A stretch of 60,124 bases of DNA from Bacteroidota bacterium (GCA_020049295.1 JAIFLC010000032.1:1-60124), one strand, 5' to 3'; shown: positions 36,888-46,874, counted from the stretch's first letter. Numbers and translations: made by a program. Notes: generated by a model from the letters alone, not told the origin.

Positions 36888-38231
36888 TTAAATTACAATT
36901 ATTCTTCTGTCGAGCAGAACAAATGTGAGCCCTAGCATGAAAGAGTAAAAAGCGTACCACCTAAGAGGGATATACTCTTCTGGGTGGATTCCAAGTTTAT
37001 AATAATTATATGCGATCATTATCGCTTTTGACAACAGGTAAGCAACAACAGTTGCTAATGCAACACCAACCACACCATAAACTTTTACAAGCGTTACACT
37101 TAATACAACATTTAAAACTACTTCGACAAATGAAATAATCATTAAGGTTTTTGCTTTTTTTAATCCAATTAAAATGGTATGAGGGAAAAGAAGACGACTA
37201 AGAATCGCTAACAGATAAATAACAAAAACGTCTGAGCTTCTTGTAAACTCAGGGCTAAAAATTGTTTTAAAGATTGGTTTTGCAAATAAAAGCATCACAA
37301 TTGTAAAAGGATACATCATATGCATTATCCGAAGTGATTTCTTTTTTAAAACAGTTAACGTTTCTTTTATTTCAGTTGCATTGTTAAACTCAGTAAGCAT
37401 AGCCGAACTTAATCCTGATGCGAGCATTACTACAAAGGGAAGTTCCTTTGCACCATATCGAAAAATGGCAAATCCATCGGCATTGTAATGAGTTGAAATC
37501 ACCAAGCCATCGATATATTGAGATGATCCACTAACCAAGGCGCTTACAATAAGCGGTACTGAAAAAATGAGGATCTCTCTTATATATGGTATGGATATTT
37601 TTATTTCGGCATAATTATAAATTAGGGTTGCCAGCCAGATATTACGAATGGCAGCAACAATAACAAGTCCACGCAATGACCATATAACATCAAACCCAAG
37701 TACTACTGGTAAAATGGCAGCTATTAACTGTAGCGTATAGGTTATGTAAGCATAACTTAATGTATTGCCTGATTTGTTTTGAATCATGTAAATATATTCA
37801 ACCAGGTTAGCAGGACTGCTTAATAATAAATACCAGAGCGTAATATTCAATAATGGGACATTTCCTTTGTATCCAAAAACAGAGAAATTTCCCTGAACAG
37901 CTAAACCAATTCCAGCGACTATAATGCTAAAGAATACAAGAAGAATATAGATATTAAAGATTTCAGGGGATTTTTGTCCTTCGATTTTTTCAATATTGCC
38001 AAATGTTTTAGAACTTTTGTATAAAGAAAGAAATGATTGTATTAGACCAGTTACCCAAAAGAAACTGGCTACACTGGCCATAAAAATGGATATTTCGAAA
38101 ATCCCGATTTCTTCTTTTGATAAACCAATTTTGGTAAAAACAATTGAAATGATAAGAAAAGTAACAAACCTGAGGATGTTAAATATCTGCAAACCCGCAA
38201 CACTATTAATATCTTTCTTAAGCAGCGACAC
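36888..38231 (-). CDS. Polysaccharide/oligosaccharide flippase (MOP/Wzx-like)
   Basis: 447 aa, about 12 TM helices, polysaccharide-biosynthesis-protein-like topology. No other motif evidence. Confidence 0.6.
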   Translation of the reverse strand: MSLLKKDINSVAGLQIFNILRFVTFLIISIVFTKIGLSKEEIGIFEISIFMASVASFFWVTGLIQSFLSLYKSSKTFGNIEKIEGQKSPEIFNIYILLVFFSIIVAGIGLAVQGNFSVFGYKGNVPLLNITLWYLLLSSPANLVEYIYMIQNKSGNTLSYAYITYTLQLIAAILPVVLGFDVIWSLRGLVIVAAIRNIWLATLIYNYAEIKISIPYIREILIFSVPLIVSALVSGSSQYIDGLVISTHYNADGFAIFRYGAKELPFVVMLASGLSSAMLTEFNNATEIKETLTVLKKKSLRIMHMMYPFTIVMLLFAKPIFKTIFSPEFTRSSDVFVIYLLAILSRLLFPHTILIGLKKAKTLMIISFVEVVLNVVLSVTLVKVYGVVGVALATVVAYLLSKAIMIAYNYYKLGIHPEEYIPLRWYAFYSFMLGLTFVLLDRRIIVI

Positions 38232-38382
38232 TATTCTTGTTTTTTAACAATCAGGAGTTAAAATTACAGTTTACTTGACGAATAAAAAATCTTTTAACGT
38301 TTTTTAGCATATATAAATGATGCTTACATTCTAATAATTAGGTGATTGAATTCCAATTAATATTAGTTTTAACACAAGCAAT

Positions 38383-38409
38383 AAAAAAACTCTGGTAATT
38401 ACCAGAGTT
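38383..38409 (-). terminator. Intrinsic terminator directly downstream of tRNA-His
   Basis: Perfect palindrome AACTCTGGTAATTACCAGAGTT (38388-38409), followed on the minus strand by a T run. Confidence 0.75.
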
Positions 38410-38414
38410 AAAAA

Positions 38415-38491
38415 TGGGTGGAAGACCGGGTTCGAACCGGCGACCTCTGGAACCACAATCCAGCGCTCTAACCAACTGAACTACATCCACC
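38415..38491 (-). tRNA. tRNA-His (anticodon GTG)
   Basis: The reverse complement reads GGTGGATGTAGTTCAGTTGGTTAGAGCGCTGGATTGTGGTTCCAGAGGTCGCCGGTTCGAACCCGGTCTTCCACCCA. Anticodon stem CTGGA/TCCAG with loop TTGTGGT. An extra 5' G (G-1) is typical of tRNA-His. T loop TTCGAAC. Confidence 0.9.
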
Positions 38492-38547
38492 ATATTTGGA
38501 CTGCAAATATAATTAACAATTTTTAAATTCTAAACAATTCAAATATT

Positions 38548-39345
38548 TTATTTGTAAAAATTACGTTGTCGCATAGCTTCAAACGCCAATATAGCAGTTG
38601 ATGTGGAAACATTTAATGAATCAATTTCTCCGTTCATTGGTATCTTTATTTGTTCATCAGCACCATTTAACCATTTTTTTGTTAGTCCATCAGCTTCTGT
38701 ACCCATTACTATTGCTGATGCAACAGTAAAATCGGCATGATGGTAAAAATGAGTTGCTGTAAGTACTGCGGCATACGATTTTATTTTGTTTTTTTTGAGC
38801 CAGTCTATTGCTTCATCTGATGAGCAAGCTACAACCTGTTTAGTAAAAACACAACCAACACTCGAACGAATAACATTTGGATTATATATATCGGTTAGTG
38901 GATCGCAAACTAAAACAGCATCAACATTTGCTGCATCTGCTGTTCGGAGAATAGCTCCAAGATTACCAGGTTTTTCTACCGATTCGAGAACAATTAAAAA
39001 GGGATTTTTCCCCAACTTCAAACTTTTTAGTGTTGAAAAGTGAGGCTCTGCTAAAACCATTATTCCTTCGGTTGATTCCCTATATGCAATTTTATGATAA
39101 ACTTCGCGTGTAATATCAAAAACAATGTTTTCGTTAGCAGAAATTTCTTTAATCCGATCATAAGAAATAATTTCGGAGCAGAAAAAGATAAATTTAATGT
39201 CGAACCCCGATTTTATAGCTAGCGTTATTTCACGCAATCCTTCTATCACAATCAGGTTTTGATCTTTTCGCTCGGATGATTTTTGCTGAAGTTTTACAAT
39301 GTTTTTAATCCGCTGATTTTGTATGCTGGTAATTTTTTCGATCAT
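38548..39345 (-). CDS. TrmH/SpoU-family RNA 2'-O-methyltransferase
   Basis: 265 aa. SpoU motifs VEKPGNLGAILRTADAANVD, VMGTEADGL and IPMNGEIDSLNVSTSTAI. Confidence 0.8.
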   Translation of the reverse strand: MIEKITSIQNQRIKNIVKLQQKSSERKDQNLIVIEGLREITLAIKSGFDIKFIFFCSEIISYDRIKEISANENIVFDITREVYHKIAYRESTEGIMVLAEPHFSTLKSLKLGKNPFLIVLESVEKPGNLGAILRTADAANVDAVLVCDPLTDIYNPNVIRSSVGCVFTKQVVACSSDEAIDWLKKNKIKSYAAVLTATHFYHHADFTVASAIVMGTEADGLTKKWLNGADEQIKIPMNGEIDSLNVSTSTAILAFEAMRQRNFYK

Positions 39346-39482
39346 ATTAAGAAATTAATAATTGCAAAGGTAATTTTAAACTTTAATCAGTCAAAATTGT
39401 TTGATTAATACTCACATAAATTTATGATTTTGCATAAATACCCAATTATTCCAATCTTTGTTATACTAATTTCAATCTGTAA

Positions 39483-41306
39483 ATGAAAAAAATCGAATTG
39501 CTAGCTCCAGCAAAGGACTATGAATCTGGCAAAGCAGCTTTAATTTATGGTGCCGATGCAGTTTATATCGGTGCACCTAAGTATGGAGCCAGAGCTTCTG
39601 CAGGAAATAGTCTTGATGACATAAAAAAACTGGTCGATTTTGCACATCTTTATTATGCAAGGGTTTATGTAACTCTCAATACTATTTTACACGATGATGA
39701 AATCTCGGAAGTTCAGAAAATGATTTATGAGCTATATCAGATCGGAGTCGATGCAATTATAATTCAGGATATGGGAATATTGGAGCTGGATTTACCTCCA
39801 ATACCATTGTTTGCAAGTACGCAAACCAATAATTATACATGGCAAAAGGTAAAGTTTTTAGAAGAAGCAGGAATTCAGCGAGTAATTCTTGCTCGCGAAT
39901 TATCCTTGGAACAAATACAAGAAATCAGATCAAAAACTACTATTGATTTGGAGTTTTTTGTCCATGGGGCATTGTGTGTAAGTTTAAGTGGGCAGTGTTT
40001 TTTTAGTCATGCCATTAATAAAGGCAGTGCAAACCGCGGAACTTGTGCACAACCTTGCAGGTCTTATTATTCATTGTTGGATAACAAAGGGAAGGTACTA
40101 TCAAAAAATAAATTTCTACTTTCGCTTAAAGATCTGAATCTATCTGATTATATAGGAGAAATGATCGATTTAGGAATAAGTTCTTTTAAAATTGAAGGAA
40201 GATTAAAAGATATAAACTACATTAAAAACACTACTGCTCATTTCAGAAAACAGATAGATGAGATACTAAAAAATAGAGAGGGTTTTGTACGATCATCTTC
40301 TGGTAAAACAGAAATTGATTTTACTCCTGATCCAGAACGTACATTTAACAGGGGTTTTACTACATATTTTATCAATGGCAGAAAAAAAGATATTGCATCA
40401 CCCAACACACAGAAATCGATCGGAAAAGTTATTGGAAAGGTAAAATCGGTTACAACCAATTATATTATTATTGATTCAAAAATCAAATTAAATAATGCCG
40501 ATGGAATATGCTTTTTTGATGAGAAGGGTGAATTGCAAGGGACATCAGTTAATAAGGTTGAAAAAGATAAAGTGTTTGTCGAAAATATTTCGTTTATAAT
40601 GCCCGAAACAATTATTTACCGTAATTACGATCATGAATTTAATAAACAGCTTAATGGATCAAAAACAGAAAGGAAAATTGCAGTAAACATCAAAATTGAA
40701 GAGTCGGAGAAAGGGATTATTATAAAAGCTGAAGATGAAGATCTCAATAATGTTGAGTTTGAAGAAATCATTGTAAAAGAGAATGCATTGAATGCAGAGA
40801 AGGCAACTGCAAATATGATAAGTCAATTTAAAAAATCAGGCGATTCGATATTCAAAATTACCTCAGTCGAGATAAATCTCAAAAACCCATTATTCTTTCA
40901 AATCTCGGTTCTTAATGATTTGCGCAGAAAAGTAATTAACTTAATCGAATTAAAGCGAATATCAAATTATCCTAGACAAGAAAAAGTACTTGAAAAAACA
41001 ACTCATCTTTTTCCTGATAAATTCATTGACTACAAAGGAAATGTATTGAATCAGAAGGCAATATCATTTTACAACAGGCATGGAGTAAAGATGGTTGAAA
41101 ATGCATTTGAGATACAAACCGATTTTACCAATAAGGAAATTATGGTTACTAAACATTGCATTAAGTACCAGTTAGGATTGTGTCCCAAACACGACAATCC
41201 AAAAGTCAAAATCGAAGAACCTCTTTTTTTGGCAGATAATAACCGAAAATATAAACTTGAGTTCGATTGCAAACAATGTGCAATGAAAGTTATATTTTTG
41301 CAGTAA
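39483..41306 (+). CDS. U32 family protein (RlhA/TrhP-like RNA hydroxylation factor; formerly collagenase-like peptidase)
   Basis: 607 aa. U32 signature EFFVHGALCVSLSGQCFFS plus CAQPCR. The length is close to E. coli RlhA rather than to the shorter TrhP. Confidence 0.8.
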   Translation: MKKIELLAPAKDYESGKAALIYGADAVYIGAPKYGARASAGNSLDDIKKLVDFAHLYYARVYVTLNTILHDDEISEVQKMIYELYQIGVDAIIIQDMGILELDLPPIPLFASTQTNNYTWQKVKFLEEAGIQRVILARELSLEQIQEIRSKTTIDLEFFVHGALCVSLSGQCFFSHAINKGSANRGTCAQPCRSYYSLLDNKGKVLSKNKFLLSLKDLNLSDYIGEMIDLGISSFKIEGRLKDINYIKNTTAHFRKQIDEILKNREGFVRSSSGKTEIDFTPDPERTFNRGFTTYFINGRKKDIASPNTQKSIGKVIGKVKSVTTNYIIIDSKIKLNNADGICFFDEKGELQGTSVNKVEKDKVFVENISFIMPETIIYRNYDHEFNKQLNGSKTERKIAVNIKIEESEKGIIIKAEDEDLNNVEFEEIIVKENALNAEKATANMISQFKKSGDSIFKITSVEINLKNPLFFQISVLNDLRRKVINLIELKRISNYPRQEKVLEKTTHLFPDKFIDYKGNVLNQKAISFYNRHGVKMVENAFEIQTDFTNKEIMVTKHCIKYQLGLCPKHDNPKVKIEEPLFLADNNRKYKLEFDCKQCAMKVIFLQ

Positions 41307-41317
41307 AATTCTAATAA

Positions 41318-42211
41318 ATGAAATTAATTACACCACAAAACTGGGTTGAGTATGAATTAATTGATGCCGGCAATTTCGAAAAGCTCGAACGATTTGGAAA
41401 GTATGTAGTTTCCAGACCAGAACCACAAGCCATTTGGGATAAAGCATTATCAGAAAATGAATGGCACAAAATGGCTCATGCCGAATTTAAGAAAGAAAAG
41501 GCAGGTGGTTTGGCAGGCGAAAAGGGGGAATGGGTTATTAAGCCTGATATGGCCGAGCAATGGCATATTGGATACCAATATAAGGAAATGACCATTAGAA
41601 TGAGACTTGGATTAACTTCCTTTAAGCACGTTGGTATTTTTCCTGAACAAGCTGATAATTGGAATTATATTTATGATAGCTTAATCGGTTTGAAAACCAA
41701 AGAAACACCAAAGGTACTTAACTTGTTTGCATATACAGGTGGAGCTTCGTTGGTTGCAAAAGCTGCCGGTGCCGATGTGGTGCATGTTGATTCAATTAAA
41801 CAAGTAATAAACTGGTCTTCTGAAAACATGGCTGCAAGCAAATTGTCTGATATTCGTTGGGTTATTGAAGATGCGGTTAAATTTGTAAATCGTGAAGTAA
41901 AACGAGGGAAACAGTATAATGGAATCATTCTCGATCCACCATCTTATGGGCACGGACCTAATGGCGAGAAATGGATTCTAGAAGATAAATTAAATGATTT
42001 GTTAAAGCAATGTAAACAATTACTTGCTCCTCAAAATAACTTTTTTATCCTTAATTTATATTCAACAGGTGTTTCTTCGATTATGGCTGAAACTTTGGTT
42101 GAGACTATATTTGGAAAACAAAACGACAAAGAAATTGGGGCGCTATACCTAACCGATAAATCTGGACGCAAACTTCCAACTGGAGTTTTGTATCGATTTA
42201 GAAATTTGTAG
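41318..42211 (+). CDS. Class I SAM-dependent methyltransferase (RlmI/PF10672-like catalytic domain, no PUA)
   Basis: 297 aa. VLNLFAYTGGAS (motif I), VHVDS, IILDPPSYG (motif IV-like DPP). Confidence 0.7.
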   Translation: MKLITPQNWVEYELIDAGNFEKLERFGKYVVSRPEPQAIWDKALSENEWHKMAHAEFKKEKAGGLAGEKGEWVIKPDMAEQWHIGYQYKEMTIRMRLGLTSFKHVGIFPEQADNWNYIYDSLIGLKTKETPKVLNLFAYTGGASLVAKAAGADVVHVDSIKQVINWSSENMAASKLSDIRWVIEDAVKFVNREVKRGKQYNGIILDPPSYGHGPNGEKWILEDKLNDLLKQCKQLLAPQNNFFILNLYSTGVSSIMAETLVETIFGKQNDKEIGALYLTDKSGRKLPTGVLYRFRNL

Positions 42212-42235
42212 GTAAGATCTGAATAAAATACGATA

Positions 42236-42757
42236 ATGATTGATCTTGGAATAATTTATCTTCGTAACTGGCAAGAACAGGACATAAAATCGTTAGCTAA
42301 AAACGCAAACAATAAAATGGTTTGGGATAACCTACGTGATGATTTTCCAAATCCATATACTGTATTGGCTGCAAAGCAATGGATAGAAATTGCCAATAGA
42401 AATAATCCGATTACAAACTTTGCAATTGTTTATAAAGAAAGTGCAATAGGTGGGATAGGGATTATTTTACAAACAGATGTTTACAGACGAAATGCAGAAA
42501 TTGGATATTGGCTCGGTGAAAAATACTGGCACAAAGGATTTGTAACAAAAGCACTAAAAGCAATGGTAGATTATACCTTTAGTAACTTTGATGTTGACAG
42601 GATTTTTGCACAGGTTTTTGAGTCGAATGTTTCTTCGCAACGAGTATTGGAAAAAGCCGGATTTACTTTTGAAGCCCGCTTGAAAAGATCGATCATTAAA
42701 AATAAAAAGATTCAGGATTGCTTGATTTATTCTTTATTAAAACAAAACTTACAATAA
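42236..42757 (+). CDS. GNAT family N-acetyltransferase (RimJ/RimL-like)
   Basis: 173 aa. AEIGYWLGEKYWHKGFVTKALKAMVDY and SQRVLEKAGF blocks. Confidence 0.8.
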   Translation: MIDLGIIYLRNWQEQDIKSLAKNANNKMVWDNLRDDFPNPYTVLAAKQWIEIANRNNPITNFAIVYKESAIGGIGIILQTDVYRRNAEIGYWLGEKYWHKGFVTKALKAMVDYTFSNFDVDRIFAQVFESNVSSQRVLEKAGFTFEARLKRSIIKNKKIQDCLIYSLLKQNLQ

Positions 42758-42764
42758 TTTCCAG

Positions 42765-43319
42765 ATGCTGTTTAAAGAAATAAGGTTAGAAAAGTCAACA
42801 GAATATACTGTTCCGATGGGAAAAGTGAATTTATTGGCAATCCTTTTTTTGTTTCCAGTTCTTATTGTTTACTTGGTTCCTTTTTTGTTGATATGGGATT
42901 TTGACACATTAAAATCTGGTTTTTTTGTATTTCAAAAGCAGATTTTCCTTTATATAATTATTGGAATAGTTCTTCACGAACTTTTACATGGCCTAACATG
43001 GGCTGTTTTTACAAAAGGGGGTTTTCGACAAATTAAATTTGGAGTAAATTGGAAATATATTACTCCTTATACTCATTTTAAGAAACCATTGAAAGTTATT
43101 ATTTACTTAGCTGGGGCTCTAATGCCTCTTTTTGTTTTAGGTTTTATACCGGCTGTTGCAGGAATTATTTTTGGCAGTGGTTTGTATATTATGTTCGGTA
43201 TATTTTTTACCTGGGCTGCAGCTGGTGATATTATATCTGCAGTAAAATTGATTCATTTTCCTATGAATGCAATGGTGCAAGACCATCCAGATCAATTGGG
43301 GTTTATCATTTATAGGTAA
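42765..43319 (+). CDS. DUF3267-like membrane protein (putative zincin-like, HELLHG)
   Basis: 184 aa, 4-5 TM segments, with an HELLHG motif at the end of TM2, as in DUF3267. Confidence 0.6.
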   Translation: MLFKEIRLEKSTEYTVPMGKVNLLAILFLFPVLIVYLVPFLLIWDFDTLKSGFFVFQKQIFLYIIIGIVLHELLHGLTWAVFTKGGFRQIKFGVNWKYITPYTHFKKPLKVIIYLAGALMPLFVLGFIPAVAGIIFGSGLYIMFGIFFTWAAAGDIISAVKLIHFPMNAMVQDHPDQLGFIIYR

Positions 43320-43361
43320 GCAACCTAAAATTCCTTTAATACATCTTTATTAAAAAATACT

Positions 43362-44330
43362 ATGCAAAAGAAATATTTATTACTAATAGTCTGTATTTTG
43401 GTAGTTTGTTGTGTATCCTGCGATTTGGATGATGATAAGGAATTGGGTGTTTTCCCTGAGTTGCCTGAAAATTTTGAAGCCATTAACTCTGTCTATGATG
43501 ATTATAATATGGACTTGCCAAGAGATTTATGGGTTGAGTTTCCAATTCTTTTTTCGAGCAACAGAAAATCGCAAGGTCAAAATTTCGATTTGGTTGATTT
43601 TATGGTGTATTATAACTATTTTTCATCTACCGAAAAAGCTGTTTTTGATACAATGCCAGGAAAATATTGGTTATATGATTTAGTGGTTGAAACAGTTAAT
43701 ACTGATTTTAATGAATATGGCCCGTTTGTAGTATTTTTAAATAGTACAGATTATTTATTCTTTTATGCAACAGACTCTTCAGGTAATTTAGACATTAACT
43801 ATTTGTATGGTAATACTTTTTTTGGATTGCAGGATTCGGCAGCATTAATTCCAGCAAATTCGAATTATAATGAGGCTTATCCAACATTTAACCCACAGAT
43901 TTCTGAAATGTATTTTTGTTGTGATTCAACGGGAAACTTTGATATCTATAAAATATCTTTACCCCAAAACTCTCCTGTAATAAATTGGGTTAAATCGCAA
44001 GAAAAATCAGCCTTAACCGAAATGGATTTATTAAACAGTACTGCTGATGATAAATGTCCATATATTAACAGAAACCTAATGGTTTTTACATCGAATAGAC
44101 TAGATGGGTATGGCGGTTATGATTTGTATTATTCTGAGTTTAAAAACAATGCCTGGTCGGAACCGGTGAATTTTGGACCTGAAATTAATTCTGAATACGA
44201 TGAATACAGACCTGTTACTACCTATGCTAGTAATTATGAAAACGATCTTATGATTTTTTCATCAAACCGACCGGGAGGACTTGGTGGATATGACCTTTAC
44301 TTTGTTGGAATTCCCAAAATGATATATTAA
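43362..44330 (+). CDS. Lipoprotein with TolB-like (PD40/WD40-like) beta-propeller repeats
   Basis: 322 aa. Lipobox VSC. Repeated FTSNRLDGYGGYDLYY and FSSNRPGGLGGYDLYF motifs. Confidence 0.65.
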   Translation: MQKKYLLLIVCILVVCCVSCDLDDDKELGVFPELPENFEAINSVYDDYNMDLPRDLWVEFPILFSSNRKSQGQNFDLVDFMVYYNYFSSTEKAVFDTMPGKYWLYDLVVETVNTDFNEYGPFVVFLNSTDYLFFYATDSSGNLDINYLYGNTFFGLQDSAALIPANSNYNEAYPTFNPQISEMYFCCDSTGNFDIYKISLPQNSPVINWVKSQEKSALTEMDLLNSTADDKCPYINRNLMVFTSNRLDGYGGYDLYYSEFKNNAWSEPVNFGPEINSEYDEYRPVTTYASNYENDLMIFSSNRPGGLGGYDLYFVGIPKMIY

Positions 44331-44350
44331 CATCTGTTTCTTTTAATTAA

Positions 44351-44387
44351 AATCCTTGTTAAAGAGAATTTAGCAAGGATTTTTTTA
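44351..44387 (+). terminator. Intrinsic terminator after 43362-44330
   Basis: Stem AATCCTTG/CAAGGATT with a 15-nt loop, followed by TTTTTT. Confidence 0.6.
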
Positions 44388-44412
44388 TCTTTAAAATCAA
44401 AAATTTTACAAT

Positions 44413-45510
44413 ATGAGAAAGATCTTTTTATCGATAATAATTGGATTGCTGGTGACTTCTGGATTTTCGCAGAGAAAAGATTCAAATGTTAATCCAACCT
44501 TGATCCTCGTTCATCCTACTGAGTATAACCTCAAAATGTTTATTAATCTCATAGAACGTCGTATAGTAAATATTGATAACCTTATTGTTATTGGTGTTTA
44601 TCATGTAAATGAAGAGTATGATTATACAGAGTCAGAGAAATTTTTGGAAAATAAAAAGCTACAAAATATAAGGCTGGAAAAGATCTCGCAAAATATTTCT
44701 TTAGAGGATATTTTTAAAGAGAATGATTGTTCTGACAAATTTACCGAGCTTTTTTATAAGAGTAACGGAATTCTTTTTCTGGGTGGACCCGATTTACCTC
44801 CATCAATTTATAACGAAGAAACAAGTTTGTTAACCGAAATAACTGATCCTTACAGGCATTATTTCGAAGTTTCATTTTTATTTCATTTGATAGGTGGCAG
44901 TCAGAATAATTCTTTCAAACCTTTGCTTGATGACAAACCTGATTATACTATTTATGGAATATGTTTGGGAATGCAAACCCTTAATGTAGCTGCTGGAGGA
45001 ACCATGATTCAGGATATTCCATCGGAAATTTACCAGGTAAACACAGTTAATCAGGTATTAATGCTCGATAAAAATGCACAACACCGAAACTATAATACAA
45101 ATCTTTCAATTAATCCTGATTTGTTTGACGGCAGTTTTCATGAAATAAAGATTAACAATAAAGGAGTTTTTGTAGGACCAGAAGATATAAGGATAAATCC
45201 ATTGGTATTCAGTATTCATCATCAGGCAATTGAAAAACTAGGCAGCGGTTTAAAAGTTGCTGCTACTTCGATGGATGGGAAAGTAATTGAAGCAGTTAAT
45301 CATAAAAAATATGAGAATGTATTGGGTGTGCAATTTCACCCCGAAAGAATGTATATGCATAATCCAAATTTGAAATATAAAGTAGTTCAGGCTGATTCGA
45401 TTGTTGCAGGATATGATATATTGAAAAATCATGGCAGCTATGATTTTCATTTGGATTTTTGGAAAGAGTTTTCGCGTAAAATGATTCTTAAAAATCAAAG
45501 CAAAAGGTGA
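44413..45510 (+). CDS. Secreted class I glutamine amidotransferase-like / peptidase C26 (gamma-glutamyl hydrolase) family protein
   Basis: 365 aa with a signal peptide. Nucleophile elbow GICLGMQ, His-Glu block VQFHPE, and an N-terminal extension of about 120 aa. Confidence 0.75.
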   Translation: MRKIFLSIIIGLLVTSGFSQRKDSNVNPTLILVHPTEYNLKMFINLIERRIVNIDNLIVIGVYHVNEEYDYTESEKFLENKKLQNIRLEKISQNISLEDIFKENDCSDKFTELFYKSNGILFLGGPDLPPSIYNEETSLLTEITDPYRHYFEVSFLFHLIGGSQNNSFKPLLDDKPDYTIYGICLGMQTLNVAAGGTMIQDIPSEIYQVNTVNQVLMLDKNAQHRNYNTNLSINPDLFDGSFHEIKINNKGVFVGPEDIRINPLVFSIHHQAIEKLGSGLKVAATSMDGKVIEAVNHKKYENVLGVQFHPERMYMHNPNLKYKVVQADSIVAGYDILKNHGSYDFHLDFWKEFSRKMILKNQSKR

Positions 45511-46190
45511 TCGATTTCCATTTTATACTTGTCGAACCAGCAGTACCCGAGAATATTGGAGCAGCAGCCAGAGCATTGAAAACGATGGGGTTTTCTTCGC
45601 TTCGGCTTGTAAATCCTGCAAATCATTTAGCCGATGAAGCCAGATGGCTTGCACATGCCTCAAATGATATTCTCGAAAATGCACACGTTTTTCCATCATT
45701 GAAAGAAGCAGTAAAAGACATGGATTGGATTATTGGTACAACCGCCAAAAAAAGAAAGGTAAATCAGGATTATTATCCAGTAAACAAACTGAATGATCTT
45801 ATTAAAGCAAAATCATCATCGATAAAAAGCCTGGCTATTGTTTTTGGGCGCGAGGAGAGCGGATTAACCAACGAAGAACTATCGTTGTGCCATACCGTAA
45901 CCAGCGTTCCCATGAAAACCAAATATCCATCGCTTAACCTGGCACAATCGGTTATGATTTATGCTTACACCTTGTCTATGATTGAATTGGATAATAAGAA
46001 AATTGACGAAGAAATAAACCCGAATGAGTTTAATACCTTAAAAAACAAAGTTGAGATTATTCTAACAGAAATAGGTTTTAAATCTGATTCCTCAATTTAT
46101 AACCGCATAATGGAGCGGTTAAATATTTTGGGTGAAACCGATATTCATTTGTTGCATTCGGTATGTAATAAACTCAGTGAGAAATGCTAA
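45507..46190 (+). CDS. trmJ: SpoU-family tRNA/rRNA 2'-O-methyltransferase (TrmJ-like)
   Basis: 227 aa. The GTG start overlaps the upstream TGA (GTGA). Blocks LVEPAVPENIGAAARALKTMGF, VFGREESGLTNEE and PSLNLAQSV. Confidence 0.7.
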   Translation: MIDFHFILVEPAVPENIGAAARALKTMGFSSLRLVNPANHLADEARWLAHASNDILENAHVFPSLKEAVKDMDWIIGTTAKKRKVNQDYYPVNKLNDLIKAKSSSIKSLAIVFGREESGLTNEELSLCHTVTSVPMKTKYPSLNLAQSVMIYAYTLSMIELDNKKIDEEINPNEFNTLKNKVEIILTEIGFKSDSSIYNRIMERLNILGETDIHLLHSVCNKLSEKC

Positions 46191-46856
46191 TTAACTATGG
46201 CATTCTCCACCACATCCACAGGCCATTTTATTGCTTTTTGCTTTTTCGAACGATTCGCGGCCTTCACTAAAAGTGAACCATGCAATACCCAGCGAACCTA
46301 TAATATCAATATATCCTATCTGGAAAATTTCATAAGCAACACTACTTACGAGCAAAACAATAGAAAGATATAAACACGATTTGGTGCAGCTTGCATCGGC
46401 AATAATAGCATCCGATTCGACAACTTTACCAATTTTTAATTTGTATTTCATTAAAAAGTACATGGTTAAAATAGAAATACCCGCAATTACTATCCCTGGC
46501 CAGGTGTTTTCTGGTTTCGATCCTTCGATTAAATTTAGAACAGCACCCACGAGTATTCCTGCAGTCAGTATATAAAAGCCAAATCCTGTTATTCGCAATG
46601 CCTGACGCTCGAATTTATCACGCTGGTTAACTTTCGAATATCGCATACGTAGAACCATGTGGGCAATACCAATACCTGAAATAACCTCTACAAAACTGTC
46701 GGTTCCAAATCCTAGCAAAGAAAGGGTTTCGTCATTAATACCAAAATACAACGAAATAATTCCTTCGGCAATATTGTAAATGATCGTTATCAGACTTAAA
46801 ATAAAAGCTATACGGAGGTTTTTATTTTTTTCCATTTCTGTATCAATTCTAATCAC
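46191..46856 (-). CDS. Cation transporter, CDF-like transmembrane domain only, with a Cys/His tail
   Basis: 221 aa (GTG start; the first ATG is at 46835). Six TM helices with DSFVE in TM2. Ends in ACGCGGECHS, with no obvious CDF cytoplasmic domain. Confidence 0.6.
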   Translation of the reverse strand: MIRIDTEMEKNKNLRIAFILSLITIIYNIAEGIISLYFGINDETLSLLGFGTDSFVEVISGIGIAHMVLRMRYSKVNQRDKFERQALRITGFGFYILTAGILVGAVLNLIEGSKPENTWPGIVIAGISILTMYFLMKYKLKIGKVVESDAIIADASCTKSCLYLSIVLLVSSVAYEIFQIGYIDIIGSLGIAWFTFSEGRESFEKAKSNKMACGCGGECHS

Positions 46857-46874
46857 ATTAAAAACAAAAGGTTA

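Noticed and set aside
46188-46193. Abutting stop codons TAATTA of the convergent trmJ-like and CDF-like genes
   Set aside because: This is a trivial consequence of a compact genome. It is noted under the CDF finding and not treated as a separate signal.
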